Source: Octopus bimaculoides (lineage: Eukaryota). Taken from it: a stretch of DNA of 64,000 nt. The translations under genes and the position numbers were made by a program. The first letter of the stretch is position 1; every line of letters begins with the position of its first letter. The stretch lies in the NCBI RefSeq assembly GCF_001194135.2, contig NC_068982.1, positions 41,623,796 through 41,687,795 on the forward strand, written 5' to 3'. This document shows, piece by piece, positions 38,200-50,974 of this stretch. The notes under the pieces were generated by a model, which saw only the letters and a list, made by a program, of their open reading frames with translations, had not been told where the DNA came from and did no database searches.

Positions 38200-39300
38200 G
38201 GTCAGAGGAGTTAGCCTTCAGTTAAAGGAGCACATTGTTGTAGGTTTCCACAGGTCATGATAGATTCCTGTACAAAGACAGATTGAAAAGTTCTGCAAGA
38301 ATAGAAGCCAGCTTAACTCTTTGGTGCGGGCATTGTTTGAGGGTAATGAAAGAGACAGTATCAGGCTGCTGGCCTTATTAGTTTGAAACATCTATGTGCT
38401 GTGATGTGAGCCTGGTGAAGTGGGAAACAATAATTTTTGAGTAATGTGGAATGTAGAGTTGGATGTAAACTAAGCAAGAATATGGAGACTTTTTCCAAAG
38501 AATTACTGCTTGCAAAACCATTATTGTTGAGAAACAGAGTAGAGGAGGGTTTTACAAATTGAATACAAATCCTTTTAATAAGGAAACAGGAAAAAAAACC
38601 AGTAGCTGTTTGGGAAACAAGAGAGTATATACAGACTGTGTGATGCACAAAGACAAACGTTCCATTTTGGATGATAGCCTTATAGAAGTTCAGTGCAGTA
38701 TTATAGCCAACCTTTATGTAGGGATGAAGGATTTTCACAAAGCATTGCAAGTGCATCTTTATCTGAACTGCTGCAGTGCAATTGTGGGCAAGCCACTTGT
38801 GAGAATTGAGGCTATGAGTCATGGTTGTCTGTGAAATGTAGAGATATACCTAAAAGGATCAATCACCAGCCTAACTTTTTTTGATGGTTTAAAAGCAAAG
38901 CACCTGAGCTGCCAGAAGCATCAATGTAGAATTGGTGACATTCCCACCAGCCAAACAACGAAGTTCCACAGTAGTTGTCAGAAGACTTGATGGTGATGGT
39001 TTGGTAGAAGTTCAGTTTGAAGGTGAAAAACAAACCAAAGATATTTGGAGTGTCTGTTTCTTAGTCAGAAATGAGTGTGGGGGATGAAACATGAAACTAG
39101 TTGATGTAAAGAGCTGAAGATTACAAAGGAATTCAGTTTTTGTATAACCAGCATCAGCATGGGATGTGAGTGAGAGTAAATGACTTGTGAGCATTGAAGT
39201 CATAAAGGACAATTCTGAGAAAGGTGAGGGAAGATACATGTCTCTGATGCAGATATGGTGAAAGTGATGATGGCTGAAAGAGTTTGACGAGTGGTAGAGG
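38200..39300 (-). mobile_element. Highly degenerate CR1/Jockey-like LINE (endonuclease to RT region)
   Basis: Remnant motifs YDFNAH (compare GDFNAH), NNNGFASSNSLEKVSIF and KLASILAELFNLSL in changing frames. Confidence 0.55.
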
Positions 39301-40956
39301 ACATAGATGTACTTAGGAATGAGCCAAACTAAAATGATGGATCAGTATTGAAGGAATTTGTTTACATTGTTTTATCACATTTAAAGTAATCATTGTTGGT
39401 TGAATATACTTATACACTAAACAAGAAAGAGTAAATTTTTACATATCAATTGAGAGCCTATATAAGTTATTTAGCACAGCTAATATAGAAATAAAATTTC
39501 TTTTGTTTACAATAAATAGTGTTGTTTTATTTCTATTAATGATTGTTGTTATTCAAACAATCTAAACTTTTATTTTTAATCCAGTTACGTTGGTAGTGGA
39601 TAGCATGAACAAAATACCTTGTGCTAATAACACTGATTAATTTTCCCTCTCATCCTCCCAAGGCTAATGAAATAAGTATGTAGTCAATATAACCAACTCT
39701 ACTGTAGAAAATAATACGCCAATATGACCACTGTCAAATGACTGGAACCAATAAAAGAATACTAATCAGTTTTTATTTTGCCTCCAAACTAATAATATAG
39801 ATTTGTGCACAGATCCAGTAAGATGAACAGGCTTAAAATACACTAACCAACCCTCAGTTTTTCAAGCAAAGAAAAGGCCACAAGCAAAATGCACTGTAAA
39901 TCTACATTATCATACATCCAAGATTCTACAATCTTTAAGAAAAAAAAGAGGTAACTAATGACTGTCTGCTTTGGAAAATATAACTAAATAAACAGATATA
40001 CAAAACAAAATTAGTAAAATAAGAAAAGATAAAGCTATATAGTGTGGGAAGAGATGAGCTATGATAATAATATTTCAAGAGAGACCTTTTCAGAAAGTAC
40101 ACAAAATTATTTTACAAATTTTGCTATAACTTAGCAGACTCAGCAGTTACTGGACAACTGAGAAGTCAGTAACCAACTGTTTAACACGATGCCAAGACCT
40201 TTACAAAAAAAAAAAAAATAAATATTTTAAATAATAAAGAAAACTAAGAAATAAAAAATAAAAAGGTTGCCCAAACAAAAACAGAAGATTAGAGTTATTC
40301 TCAAAAGTCATTACTTTCAGAATAAAGATAAACTATAAGGATACTTGATTTAAGGTGTTGACAGGTTTGCTATCCTAAATATTCTAAGTAGAAAAAAAAA
40401 AGGAAACAGATTCTTGAAATATTTGAAAGTTAGCCTACAGGATACATAAATATAGTTTTACCCAAAAATATCCTGATGGAAACAAATTCCAGCACAGTGA
40501 TAGATCAAAGAATTACAACTTCAAACAATTTTACTAAAGAGCAAAAATATTTCTAAACTTTAAAAAAAAAAAGGGTAAAAAAGATTCCCCAACAAACCTA
40601 ATGAATAAGAAACTTAGCATAATTGTAGATTTTTATGCAAGCTTTTTAGAAGAGAAGCAAAAATTGGCTTAGATAATGCATTGAGCATGACTGCTTCAGT
40701 ATAAGTTAGATAGTAAAATTCTAACAAAATGTTAACTAGAATGCTAATTATATTTTCTAGGATTTAAATTTTAAGTATAAAAGCGATATGGACTGAGAGC
40801 TTGTAACAAAACATTTAGTTATTACCCAGCATGTTATAAGATCAAATTACCATTAATACCAAAAAAAAAAAAAAAAAAGTTGAAATTTTAGCAAATTAAA
40901 TGAAAAACTACTTTTTAAAGTGATTATTCATGATATTAAATTTAAATTGTAGTTAC

Positions 40957-41040
40957 CTTAGCAGTGTCTTCAGTAACCGAACGTCTACTGCCATCAACAG
41001 TTACTGTTAAACCACCATTACTGTGTTCAGTGGATTGTAT
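40957..41040 (-). CDS. Pep: Pep/CIZ1-like exon 4 (IQSTEHSNGGLTVTVDGSRRSVTEDTAK), phase 0 to 0
   Basis: Acceptor TTTTGTTTTAACAG, donor AAG|GTAACT; 84 nt open frame. Confidence 0.8.
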
Positions 41041-41216
41041 CTGTTAAAACAAAAGCAGACCATGGATAAATTATTTTAATGTTAAATAAAGAAAGTGTGA
41101 TTAGGTGCAGCTTACATGAATGGAACTTGAATGAAAAGAATGTATCTTATTGAAAAATTTATTTAATAGTCAAAGGTTTGGAATCATACATTTAAAAACA
41201 TCAGTATCTCTCTCTC

Positions 41217-41291
<75 letters not shown>

Positions 41292-41379
41292 GGAAACACT
41301 TTTATACATATATATAAAGTACTACAAATAGAATAGATTAATTATGTCACTCTGTTATGCTCCAATCTATGCTTGGACC

Positions 41380-41800
41380 AGTTTGCCTGACTGAACAAAT
41401 AGCAAGCCTCACTCCTAGTTCCATTTTCCAAAGCCAACCATTTCCGTAAGAATCACAGACACGCATGGGCACACTCTCCATAGGGTCCTGTCAGTATATG
41501 TTCCATTTGGATCCCCAAGCAAAACCAACGAAGGTTATGGATATTATCCAACCATATTGCTTGTGGTCTGCTACTAGGTTTCCTGCTGGTTGGTTTGGCC
41601 TATAAAGTCTGTCCTGTGTTTGTTTCTGTCAACACTCTAACCACAAGCTCTAATGTCTCAATGTGAAGTAGTGGCTTGACCAGGAGCAACTTGCTGCACA
41701 CCTTAGCAAGCAATATTATTCCAATGACTCTTTGGAGGTACCCCATTTTAGTTGCCTGTATTTCTTCACACCCTTTCAGCCACTACCCAAGATTCATGAC
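41380..41800 (-). mobile_element. Degenerate RTE-like LINE ORF remnant
   Basis: EIQATKMGYLQRVIGIILL resembles the RTE post-RT IQAAEMRFLRRV motif. Confidence 0.45.
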
Positions 41801-41929
41801 CACATGAAACAAAAAAAAACTGATTGCTGAAGATTTACAACAACTCCACAACCACAAGATCAAAGATATCTAACCTTTCTGCTCTTCTATTCCTGTTCTC
41901 TCTTTATATTCACCTTGTACCTTAAGGAT

Positions 41930-42295
41930 ACATCCCCACCACCTCTCTCCTTTTCCAGCTGGTGAAGCCATGTATGTCCTATTCAGCAAGACACCTGTTC
42001 ACATCCGTCTCTCATACTGCAACCTTTTGACCTTCAGTACTACACCCCAAATCAGTTGAGTGGTGGTCCTATTTTGCAAGTTACTTGGTAAACCCATTAG
42101 TGCTGGTGCCCCCTCAAAACAAAAACAAAAAAAACCCCAGTACACTCTGTAAAGTAATTGATGTTAGGAAGGACATATAACTACAGTAACCTTGCCAAAA
42201 TGAACATTGTTGTTTGGCAAAGTCCTCTGGTTTGTTGATTCCTGTTGAACTGTCCAACCCATGCCAGCATGGACAAATTAATGTTTAACGATGTT
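41930..42295 (+). mobile_element. RTE-type 3'UTR remnant
   Basis: TTCAGCAAGACACCTG..CAGTACACTCTGTAAAGT..GTTAGGAAGGACAT..CCAACCCATGCCAGCATGG, homologous to 35825-36200. Confidence 0.6.
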
Positions 42296-42949
42296 TCAAC
42301 TTCTTAGAGATAAAGCGCCTCTCTTCCACCAGTCATTCCAATTGTCTCACCACTCTCACACCAAACCCCCATGCCAGACACTTTTTTTCTCAATCTTTCC
42401 TCCTCAGAAATGCAGCTTCCAGAGATTCCTTCTTGCTCATGTTTTTTACCAATAGCACTGACTTAATGGAATTCAAAGTGAATATCAACTGCATTAATCT
42501 CACCAAGGACAATAGGTAGTCTCTCTTCCTCTCACAACAAAATATATACATAAAGAGGTTAGGGCTGAGCAATGCATTGAACTCATAAATTTATCCTTCT
42601 CACTTATACAAATTGAAGGCATGCTTGTATAATTATATTTTGATGTTATGGTTCATTGATTGAAAGGTTGGTTTATTAGCAGCTATTCCTTACAGAGCAG
42701 CTCTTGGAACAGCAAATCAGTATTACTTAAAAATATCTATTTATTATATATAGTATATAACAGGTTCAAGATTTTACTTGACGGATTTATTTCAATGAAT
42801 GCATTAGAAGAAATGTTAAAACACTTTCTGATGAATTTGTGTAAAATAAAATGATATATTTTAGGGATTTAAGTTCTTTAAGAACAGTTCACATCAAATG
42901 GGAAGTTACAATATTTAAAGCAATCCTTATCAAGTTCATTTTTACTTAA

Positions 42950-43160
42950 CCCTCTAGAATTTAAACTGGTCATAACCAGCCCAAATATTCTACCTGTTTC
43001 ACGTTCAAATTGGCTAGATTTGGCCTCTCATACCTAGCCTATGTCATTCCAAAAAGAAACAATCACTTCAGTAAAATCTTGAAGCTACAAGATAATACAT
43101 GACTAATTCCAAACAATGTGAATAAATAAGCATTACATTTGATGAAATAATCTGAAGAGT
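42950..43160 (+). mobile_element. piggyBac-like MITE
   Basis: TTAA|CCCT start at 42946-42953; colinear with the 8996 copy; right end degraded. Confidence 0.7.
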
Positions 43161-43548
43161 TAGATATTTTTCCAATAATTCATATATATGTATTTAACTA
43201 AATCTATTAGATGAGAATAATTTAAGAATTTTATTCATATGAGTACATAAACAAAACTTTAGTAAATTATTTTAGACCACAGTTACCAAAATTATCAATG
43301 GAAAAGTTTAGTTATTGTCTAAGGATTAACCACTTCACGTATTTGCTTTAAATAACAATAAGTATTCATAAATATCAAACTTTTATGCAATATACTTTGA
43401 TATTGAACAGAGATATTTTCAACACAGCAAGATGATTTGATAAACTTAATTATGCATCATCTCTAATAAAGTCAAATGTTTTGTAAGAGTTTAGACACCC
43501 ACCAGTTAAGAACCCTCTCCCCTATAAATAAGACAAAGAAAAACATAC

Positions 43549-43622
43549 CTCATCATCAGTTGGCTCGGCAGGATCATACATCTCATCCTCTTCTTCATCA
43601 TCATCTTCCATCTTTTTCTTAG
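43549..43622 (-). CDS. Pep: Pep/CIZ1-like exon 3 (AKKKMEDDDEEEDEMYDPAEPTDDE), phase 1 to 0
   Basis: Acceptor TTTGCAG, donor GAG|GTATGT; 74 nt; acidic sequence with a YDP-x-EPT motif. Confidence 0.88.
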
Positions 43623-44852
43623 CTGCAAATGTCAATGGTTGTATTGTCAAAGCAATATCAAGCCTTTTGACCTATACAAACCTTGGAGAAAACACAGTAT
43701 ATACTTCTTTATATATATAAGAAGCATAAAAATTAGAAAGAAGAGGGTTATGTTTTATCTGTAAAGAAATTTTAGAACTTAATAGGAAATACTTGTGTGT
43801 GTGATTGCATTGTGTGTGAGTGAGTGTATTGTGTGTACATGAGTGTATATAAAATTGCAAGTTGCCACGTTATGAGAAATGGACAAAGGGGTGATGAGAA
43901 ATGATAACATTATCAAGCATGTGTACTAGAACGGACACTAAAATACTATGGAAAAGGTGAAAAAGGAAACTTTTTTTACTGTATTTTTTCTATATATATA
44001 TATATATATAAGAAATGTTTTAAATGGTGAAAACTTGATGTTACCATGAAGCCAAGTTACAAAACGGAAGTAAAAAGAAAGACAATGAGTTGTGTTGATG
44101 TCTGTCATTAGGTGTTTACTACCAGACCTTAATAAAGAATGGATCTTAGTAAAAGAAAAAAAACCCAGGTGACAACAGTTTGGCTATAAAACGAAAAAAT
44201 TAAATCCAAAGCATTAAAAAAAAGAAAACATGTAGTGAAGATTTTAATCTAGAAAACTATTAAAAGTGAAAAAAAAAATTGGGTAGAGATTTATGAAAAA
44301 AATTTCTTTAAATGAGTTAAGTAAAATGTAAGGAGGCAGATGTTGGTAAAGACATGGAGGGAAGGAAGCATAAATAATACACCATCACCATGGCTTTTCA
44401 TCTCTTTCCAGAATTCAGTTTGTGATGACCTTAAAATTACATTATTTTGACAAGAAAAAGTTGTCCCACCTTCCATCCAATTAGTAGTAGAAAGACAATG
44501 ATTATCTGGGTAGTATAAAATGCTCTTGTAAGAAAAATGAAGGAAATAAATACAGAAATTGAATCATTTTGCTTCCTGAGTGTCATTTGAAGCAATAGGA
44601 AATTGGGTGGGATGCTCTGTAAACAGACCAAAATAAACTTGCCAAAGAGATATGCAGAAGAGAAAAAGAGAGAGAGAAAACAGAGTGAGAGAGTGAGAAA
44701 GAAAGAGAGAATTATAGTAATAGGGTGGGAGAAAAAGAGGTAGAGAAGCAGCGGAGACAACATGCTAGTGACATTTCATCTGTAGCTGACCGCTCATTGG
44801 AAAATGACCAACAATGCAGGCGCCAGCAGGAAAAACCATTTATTTACTTTAC

Positions 44853-45000
44853 CTGAAGTATCACGCTGTCTTCTATTGGAAGATTGGTCTTTACGACCTT
44901 GAGAGTAGAGTTGATCCCGTTTTTTAGTAGAAGGGGTACTTCCCTGTGGCCTTCTCCTGTCATTTGGGCGGATGATCCTGTCTTTGCCTCTGGAGGAGCG
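44853..45000 (-). CDS. Pep: Pep/CIZ1-like exon 2 (RSSRGKDRIIRPNDRRR...RRQRDTS), basic, phase 0 to 1
   Basis: Acceptor GTTTCAG at 45003-45001, donor CAG|GTAAAG at 44852; 148 nt. The phase-1 end matches the next exon. An upstream alternative AG lies at 45028-45027 (see findings). Confidence 0.75.
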
Positions 45001-48000
45001 CTGAAACCATGACAAGGGGCCAACGTCTTAAGAAAAGGTTGAATAAAGCGGCCATAGATAAGCCATTAGACAAAAAGATAGAAAGGGAACATGGTGGATA
45101 GGTTAAAACACATTGCACTAAAACAATGAATAGAGGATGGAGTTTTTATTTGAAGATGAAATGCTATCAAATCAGAGAAACTCTAGCAGAGAGATATAGC
45201 ATTTTAAAAATGCAGTCATGAGTTGAAAACAAAAGGAGAGCTGTTTTAAACTTCTCTCTCTCTCTCTCTCTTTTTTCTTCAATATATTCCATACCAGAAA
45301 CAATGGAAACAATGAATGCATTTTTTAAATTTGGAAAAAAACAATCTGAATGTGGGTAAAATCAATGTTACATTGCTTGGTAACATCTTTGACTTAAGAA
45401 ACAGCCAGAGTTGAATCACTGAGAATGAAATTATTGGAGATATGAGCAGAAGAAGGAAGGATATTGGGAAATAATTTTTTTTATTCTTTCATTTTTTTTG
45501 GATATTCAATATTTTCAGACCAACTGAAAATATGAAAGCAACTTGATAGGAATTAAATCTGAAGCATGCATATGTACACACGTTCAAACACATACATACA
45601 AGTCTTACATATTTCTAATATTCAGACATACACATTTATAAACACAATCATTAGGAGAAAAGGCAATCTATGAAAGTAGGAGGAAACCTATAATTTTGGA
45701 AAGACTGATAAAAATGAAAGCAAGGAGGAGAGTTGCGTTTGTGGCTCTCTCTGTTTCTATTTGAAATGAAAATTGTGTCATAAAAATGTAATGACACAAG
45801 ATTGTCATAAAAAATGAAAATAAAGTAAATGAAAGCTGGGCAATTTTCCTTTCATTAAAAATGTGAGCGAGTTGAAATAATGTACTGAAAATACACTGTT
45901 TTAAACTGTTTGAAAAGATTCTTATATTTTTTTAAATATCTATTTTGTTGATTGATAATAATCTTTAGAAAATTACTATTTGTAAACAGACATTAGAAAA
46001 ACTTACCTTAAATAACATTTTATTAAACTTTATATGTAAAAAAAAAATTAGAATATTAAAAAACAGAAAAAATGAAATTGACTAAGTATTGTGTGCAAGT
46101 GTGTGTGTGCGTAAGAGGTTTGTATGCAAGAACTAACATATATACAATATAGAGTTTGATACACATATTTTAGAACTTGTTTAACATTAACTTTCCACAA
46201 TGAATAGTTAATAATAGGTTTATTTATTCAACATGTTTTTAGATAATCTCTGGCAAAACTGGTAAGGCACAAATAGAACTATTTATCTGGAAGGGTCCTA
46301 ATATTTCACAGCCAATGTAGAATAGATTTTGAAATGAAATTACTTTTAAATGTAACTTTCTTCTTAAAGAATTGGGTAATTTCTGCATTCAAACTTTGTA
46401 TTTGAAATGCTATTTCAATAAGTATTTTTGAAAAATATAAAATATTTTTTTTAAAGTGAAGTATAAAAATGTTTTAAGGAAGAAGAAAATATTTTCTTTA
46501 TTTGTATGTCTCCAGAAATCTTATCCTAATGATAAATTCCATTTAATACTATATAAAGCCTTAAATTATTATATACAGAATTCTAAATAACTAGTTGTCT
46601 ATTAACATAGTAGGAAAGAAACAAGTATTTGAGTGTATATTTAAATATTTGTATTGGCATTAAATAATTAAGAGCTTTTTTTTTAAGCCCAAATTTTGGC
46701 TACTTCCTCTAACAATCAACTTATGTCAGCTAGCTCTCTTACTATGACATTCCAAATATGCTCTATATTTAATTCTACTGCAGTAAGCTAGAAATATCAA
46801 TTATCACAAAAAAAAAATCATCATTTCAATTTTATTCAACACATCCAAAATTTATAGCCCCAAGTAGGTCAGAGGTGCAAAGCAACAGTCAGATAATTCG
46901 GTAGCACCTATCTCTTTTAAAGATTTAGTTGGTTGTTAGCTTTTCTGAGAGCTTCTCTTGCCCTTTGATGAGATTTATTTTAAATCCTGCTGGGATGCTC
47001 ACACAACTTCCTCATCCAGTAAACTGAGTGTAGAAGTGCAGTCACGTTAGCAACCACTCAACCAGGAGACAAATTGTACTGGGTAACATGATACCAACGA
47101 ACAGAAGCTGTTCTAAATTCCAGTATGTTCTTCACTCATTCAAATTAGATCTATTTCTTGGGGCACGCAAATGACCATTTTTTTTCCAAAATGTTCTCAA
47201 AAATTTTAAATATAAAAATTACCTCAAAAAGATAAACTAAATATTAAAATAAATTTATAGGAATATTAGAATCTTTTGTTTTTTACATGAAGTATACTCT
47301 ATATATATCATGAAGTATACTCAATATATGTCATTTATTTGAAATAGAAGAAAAAACTACTGAATATTTCATGCCATTTCAACTATCAAAAAATTTATAA
47401 TATACAGATGAGAGAAAAACAGTTATTATCAATTTAATTGTATAGATTTATGTAAAAGTTCAAAATAATTTTCAGGTTTGTTTAATAGTTTTAATAGCCC
47501 CACATTTCTACAAATGAAAAATAAATAAGGGCAAACCATTCCTTCAAACATCTAAAAATAATTCAAATTACAAATAAAAATATATAAATTTAAACAAAGC
47601 ACAAAAACATTAGAAAATTTTATATGGATAATCCTTTGGCTGTATAATTTTTGCAACATTTTCTATGTATTTCATATTTCAGTCAGACAAATGTACTGAT
47701 TTAAAGATGAACTAAAGGGAAAAAAAGTGTTATTCTTGCTCAATACAATTCACAGGAATTTCATGGAAGAAAAATAATCTTTTTTTTATTGTTCCCTAAC
47801 TCTCAGGAAATCTGTAAAAAACATGTTTTCAATAGGATACAGGCAATAAAATATGCCCTTTATGAAATTAAAACAATAAGCAAAGAATTATAGCAATAAC
47901 ATTTTATATCAGTAACATATAGCTCAATAATATAAATTGTTTTCTTTTCTTTAAAAAGCTCAGTTTTGGTTAATGTTATCAACTAACTTGTTATTTAAAT

Positions 48001-49577
48001 TTTTTTTTTTAATTTCAAAATGACAATTGAATAGAGTTCTTGGTTGTGTGCATATGCACAATTTTAAAAAAGTGTATTGCTATATGAACACTGTTTGTAT
48101 GGCAATGCACATATAATCAAATGGAAGACTGAAATAATTTATATTTTTAGTCAAATGTTTAAAATGAAAAAATGATTATATAATTAAGCAAAGTATTTAT
48201 TTAGTAACTACCTATTATTTAAGTTCTTAATATGTTTGCTTATGTAACTTTTATGAAACTAAATTGTTTAATATTGTAAAATCAGAAAAAGTAGTCAGTA
48301 TGATGTCGAAATTTAACATTTCAATAAGAAAATCATTTACACAGTAATTACTATTTTTCATTGCTATTGTGTTAAAAAAAATGACTTTCCAACTTTATAG
48401 TGGTCTGAGAAATAAACAGATATGGCAGTCTATTTAAATTAACTGTAATACACGATTGGTGCTTATTTCATCTAACAAGAAAGTCAGGCTTGCTTGCTTA
48501 TCACTCCTTACCATCTTGGAAAGAAAAAGGGGAACATAAGATATTAAAATGTCTGGGAGAAAGATTTTTAAAAAAATGGAATGTTTGTGACAAGAACACA
48601 CCTTTGATCCTCATCATCATTACATCCAGTGTGCCATTAACATTTTGTATTTACAAGAATTTGGGCTAAATAGTCTATGAAGCACCACTCTGCTGCAGAT
48701 GCAATATGTTTTCAACAGAGGGAGACTGGAACAAAATGCTTTGCACAAAAGCCAAATGATCATAAAGCCAACAGCCTATCTACTAGGTCAGGCAACCTTG
48801 ATACACTCAATCATGGCTGACTTGGGGTTAAACAACTGGTGTTTTTTCCACTCAGGAGAAATAAAACCTGTTTAAATTGCTCTACTCATTTCATCAATTT
48901 AAGAATAATTCCTTATTTCTTTGTTTTCATTAGGTCCTGCAACTGTTGTGACAATCTTAAATCTTAACATTTCCTTTCAATTCAAAGGTTTGCAGACATT
49001 ATTTGACAAAAAAGCACCAAAAATTTCTTCACAAATAGTAATAAACAATTACAAATCATTCAAATAGTTCTCATAACAAGAGTTCCTAAGATTACTACAA
49101 CGCGGTTGGTTTAATCTCTAGAAAAAAAACCAGCTCTCTTCTTACCCAATAAACTATTTTCAAAGCAATTATTTGTTTCATACGTAATTAATTGCGAATA
49201 ATTATTCCGTAAAAAGTGGACTTTAAAAAGTTATTATATATGAAAATATTTCTTACAATAGTCTAAATTCTCATACTCTTCCAAAACCACCAATTATTTT
49301 TTCTCATGTGAAAAATTCAATAAGCAAACTATTCATAAATGTTTGAGAACAGCTATGAAGTTATGTGTTCATCTTGTAAGCAAATAAATTATTTTAGTAA
49401 TAGTATCAGAAAGCCATCAGCTACAAAGCAATTATTTTAGACTTCAAACAACATTTAAAAAAAAAAAATACAACTTTAACTTGACGTTATCATATCAGAC
49501 TGACAAAATTATGGGGCAAAATAATGTATTTATGATGCAGCTAAACTATAACAGAAAATATAAAAATGAAAACTCAC

Positions 49578-50293
49578 ATCAGAATCCTTCTTCATTCTTT
49601 TAATGATGTTTGACATACCATCAGATCCAGAACGTCGTTTAATTCCACTTGTTTTGATATCCAGCAATGAAGGTAACGGCCCAGAAGAACCCAACATACC
49701 CAGCCCCATTCCACCATCAGGAAGATTTCTACTTCTACCACCTGAACCAATCATCGAACCTTTCAGTAATGTATTAACCAAAGCTAACTGAGTTTCTCGC
49801 ATAGCTTGTTGTTGCACCCCCATGTTTTGTTGTTGCATCATCATCTGACCACCACCAGATCCCATCATATTTCCCATACCCATGTTAGAATTTGGAGACA
49901 TCATCCCACCCCCGTAATTCCCCATGCCCATGTTGTTATTCATGTTGGGTGACATATTCATACCTCCACCCATGCCACCACCCATATTACCCATACCACC
50001 CATCCCCNNNNNNNNNNAGAATTTGGAGACATCATCCCACCCCCGTAATTCCCCATGCCCATGTTGTTATTCATGTTGGGTGACATATTCATACCTCCAC
50101 CCATGCCACCACCCATATTGTTCATTCCAGAACACATATTATTCATACCAGGCATAGGGGGAGCACTTCCAAGTATTCCATATCCCCCTTGACCCCCACT
50201 AAGTCTTCGGTTAGAGTGGGATCCAAGAGATGACCTCCCACTTCTGTTTCTTCCACTAGAAGTACGATTACTAGAACTATTGCGATAACTCAT
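49578..50293 (-). CDS. Pep: Pep/CIZ1-like zinc finger protein, coding exon 1: Ser/Arg-rich start, Gly/Met/Asn/Gln-rich prion-like region, QLALVNTLL and PSLLDI motifs; interrupted by a 10-N gap
   Basis: Acceptor TTTTTCAG at 50310-50308, ATG at 50293, donor GAT|GTGAGT at 49577 (phase 0). The ORF track shows the two halves in different frames across the gap. As recalled, the motifs resemble Drosophila Pep (INLANNLL...PPSLLDL). Confidence 0.88.
49887..50119. repeat. Identical 102-bp direct duplication flanking a 10-N gap inside coding exon 1
   Basis: 49887-49988 equals 50018-50119. Confidence 0.95.
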
Positions 50294-50471
50294 TTTCAAT
50301 TAAAAACCTGAAAAATAAAAAAAAAAACATATTTAAACATTTCAAAAATTATGATGAAAAATGTTCTTTTTATTGGAAACTATTTAGGCAAAAGAGAGAC
50401 AACTGCTTTTCTTTTAACACATTACAAAAAAAAAAACAAAAACAATTTTATACCTTATTTTTTTCTCGTTT

Positions 50472-50795
50472 CAGTCAGTTGACTGCAACCATGCACTGGG
50501 ACACCCCCTTGAAGGGTTAGTTGAACAAATTGATCCCGATACTTATTCTATCAGTTATTTTTTGCTAAACAGCTAGATTATGGGAATGTAAACAAACCAA
50601 CACTAGTTGCCAACTGATAAAGGAGGATAAACACAAACGCACATATATGATGGGCTTCTTTCAGTTTCTGCTTACCAAATCAACTTACAAGGCTTTGGTT
50701 GATCTAGGGTTATAGCATGCCTGAGGTGCCACTCAGTGGGACTGAACCAGGAACCATGTGTAGTAGGAAAGCAAGCTTCTTACCACACAGCCATA
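50472..50795 (-). mobile_element. SINE family B, degenerate full-length
   Basis: Reverse complement of the family B head (TATGGCTGTGTGGTAAGAAGCTTGCT) through the 3' end; 165 nt from the coding exon 1 acceptor. Confidence 0.75.
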
Positions 50796-50974
50796 AGAAA
50801 TTAAAAAAAAAAGTTACATTCATGATTATTTTCATATGTATCTGCAGCATTTATTTTAACAGTAAATGCTTATTTAATAATAACTACAGAACATTACTAA
50901 TTTTAAGGAAAAGGACCTTCCCGTCCACATCAGTTGTATTTAATTACATAAACAGGTCACAATATTTAATCAAT

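Noticed and set aside
44437-44763. 108-aa hydrophobic ORF next to exon 2
   Set aside because: Derived from TC-rich intronic low-complexity sequence, with no splice or family support.
46990-47075. Two adjacent hairpins resembling an H/ACA snoRNA
   Set aside because: No ANANNA hinge and no correctly placed ACA on the host-gene strand; stems are short.
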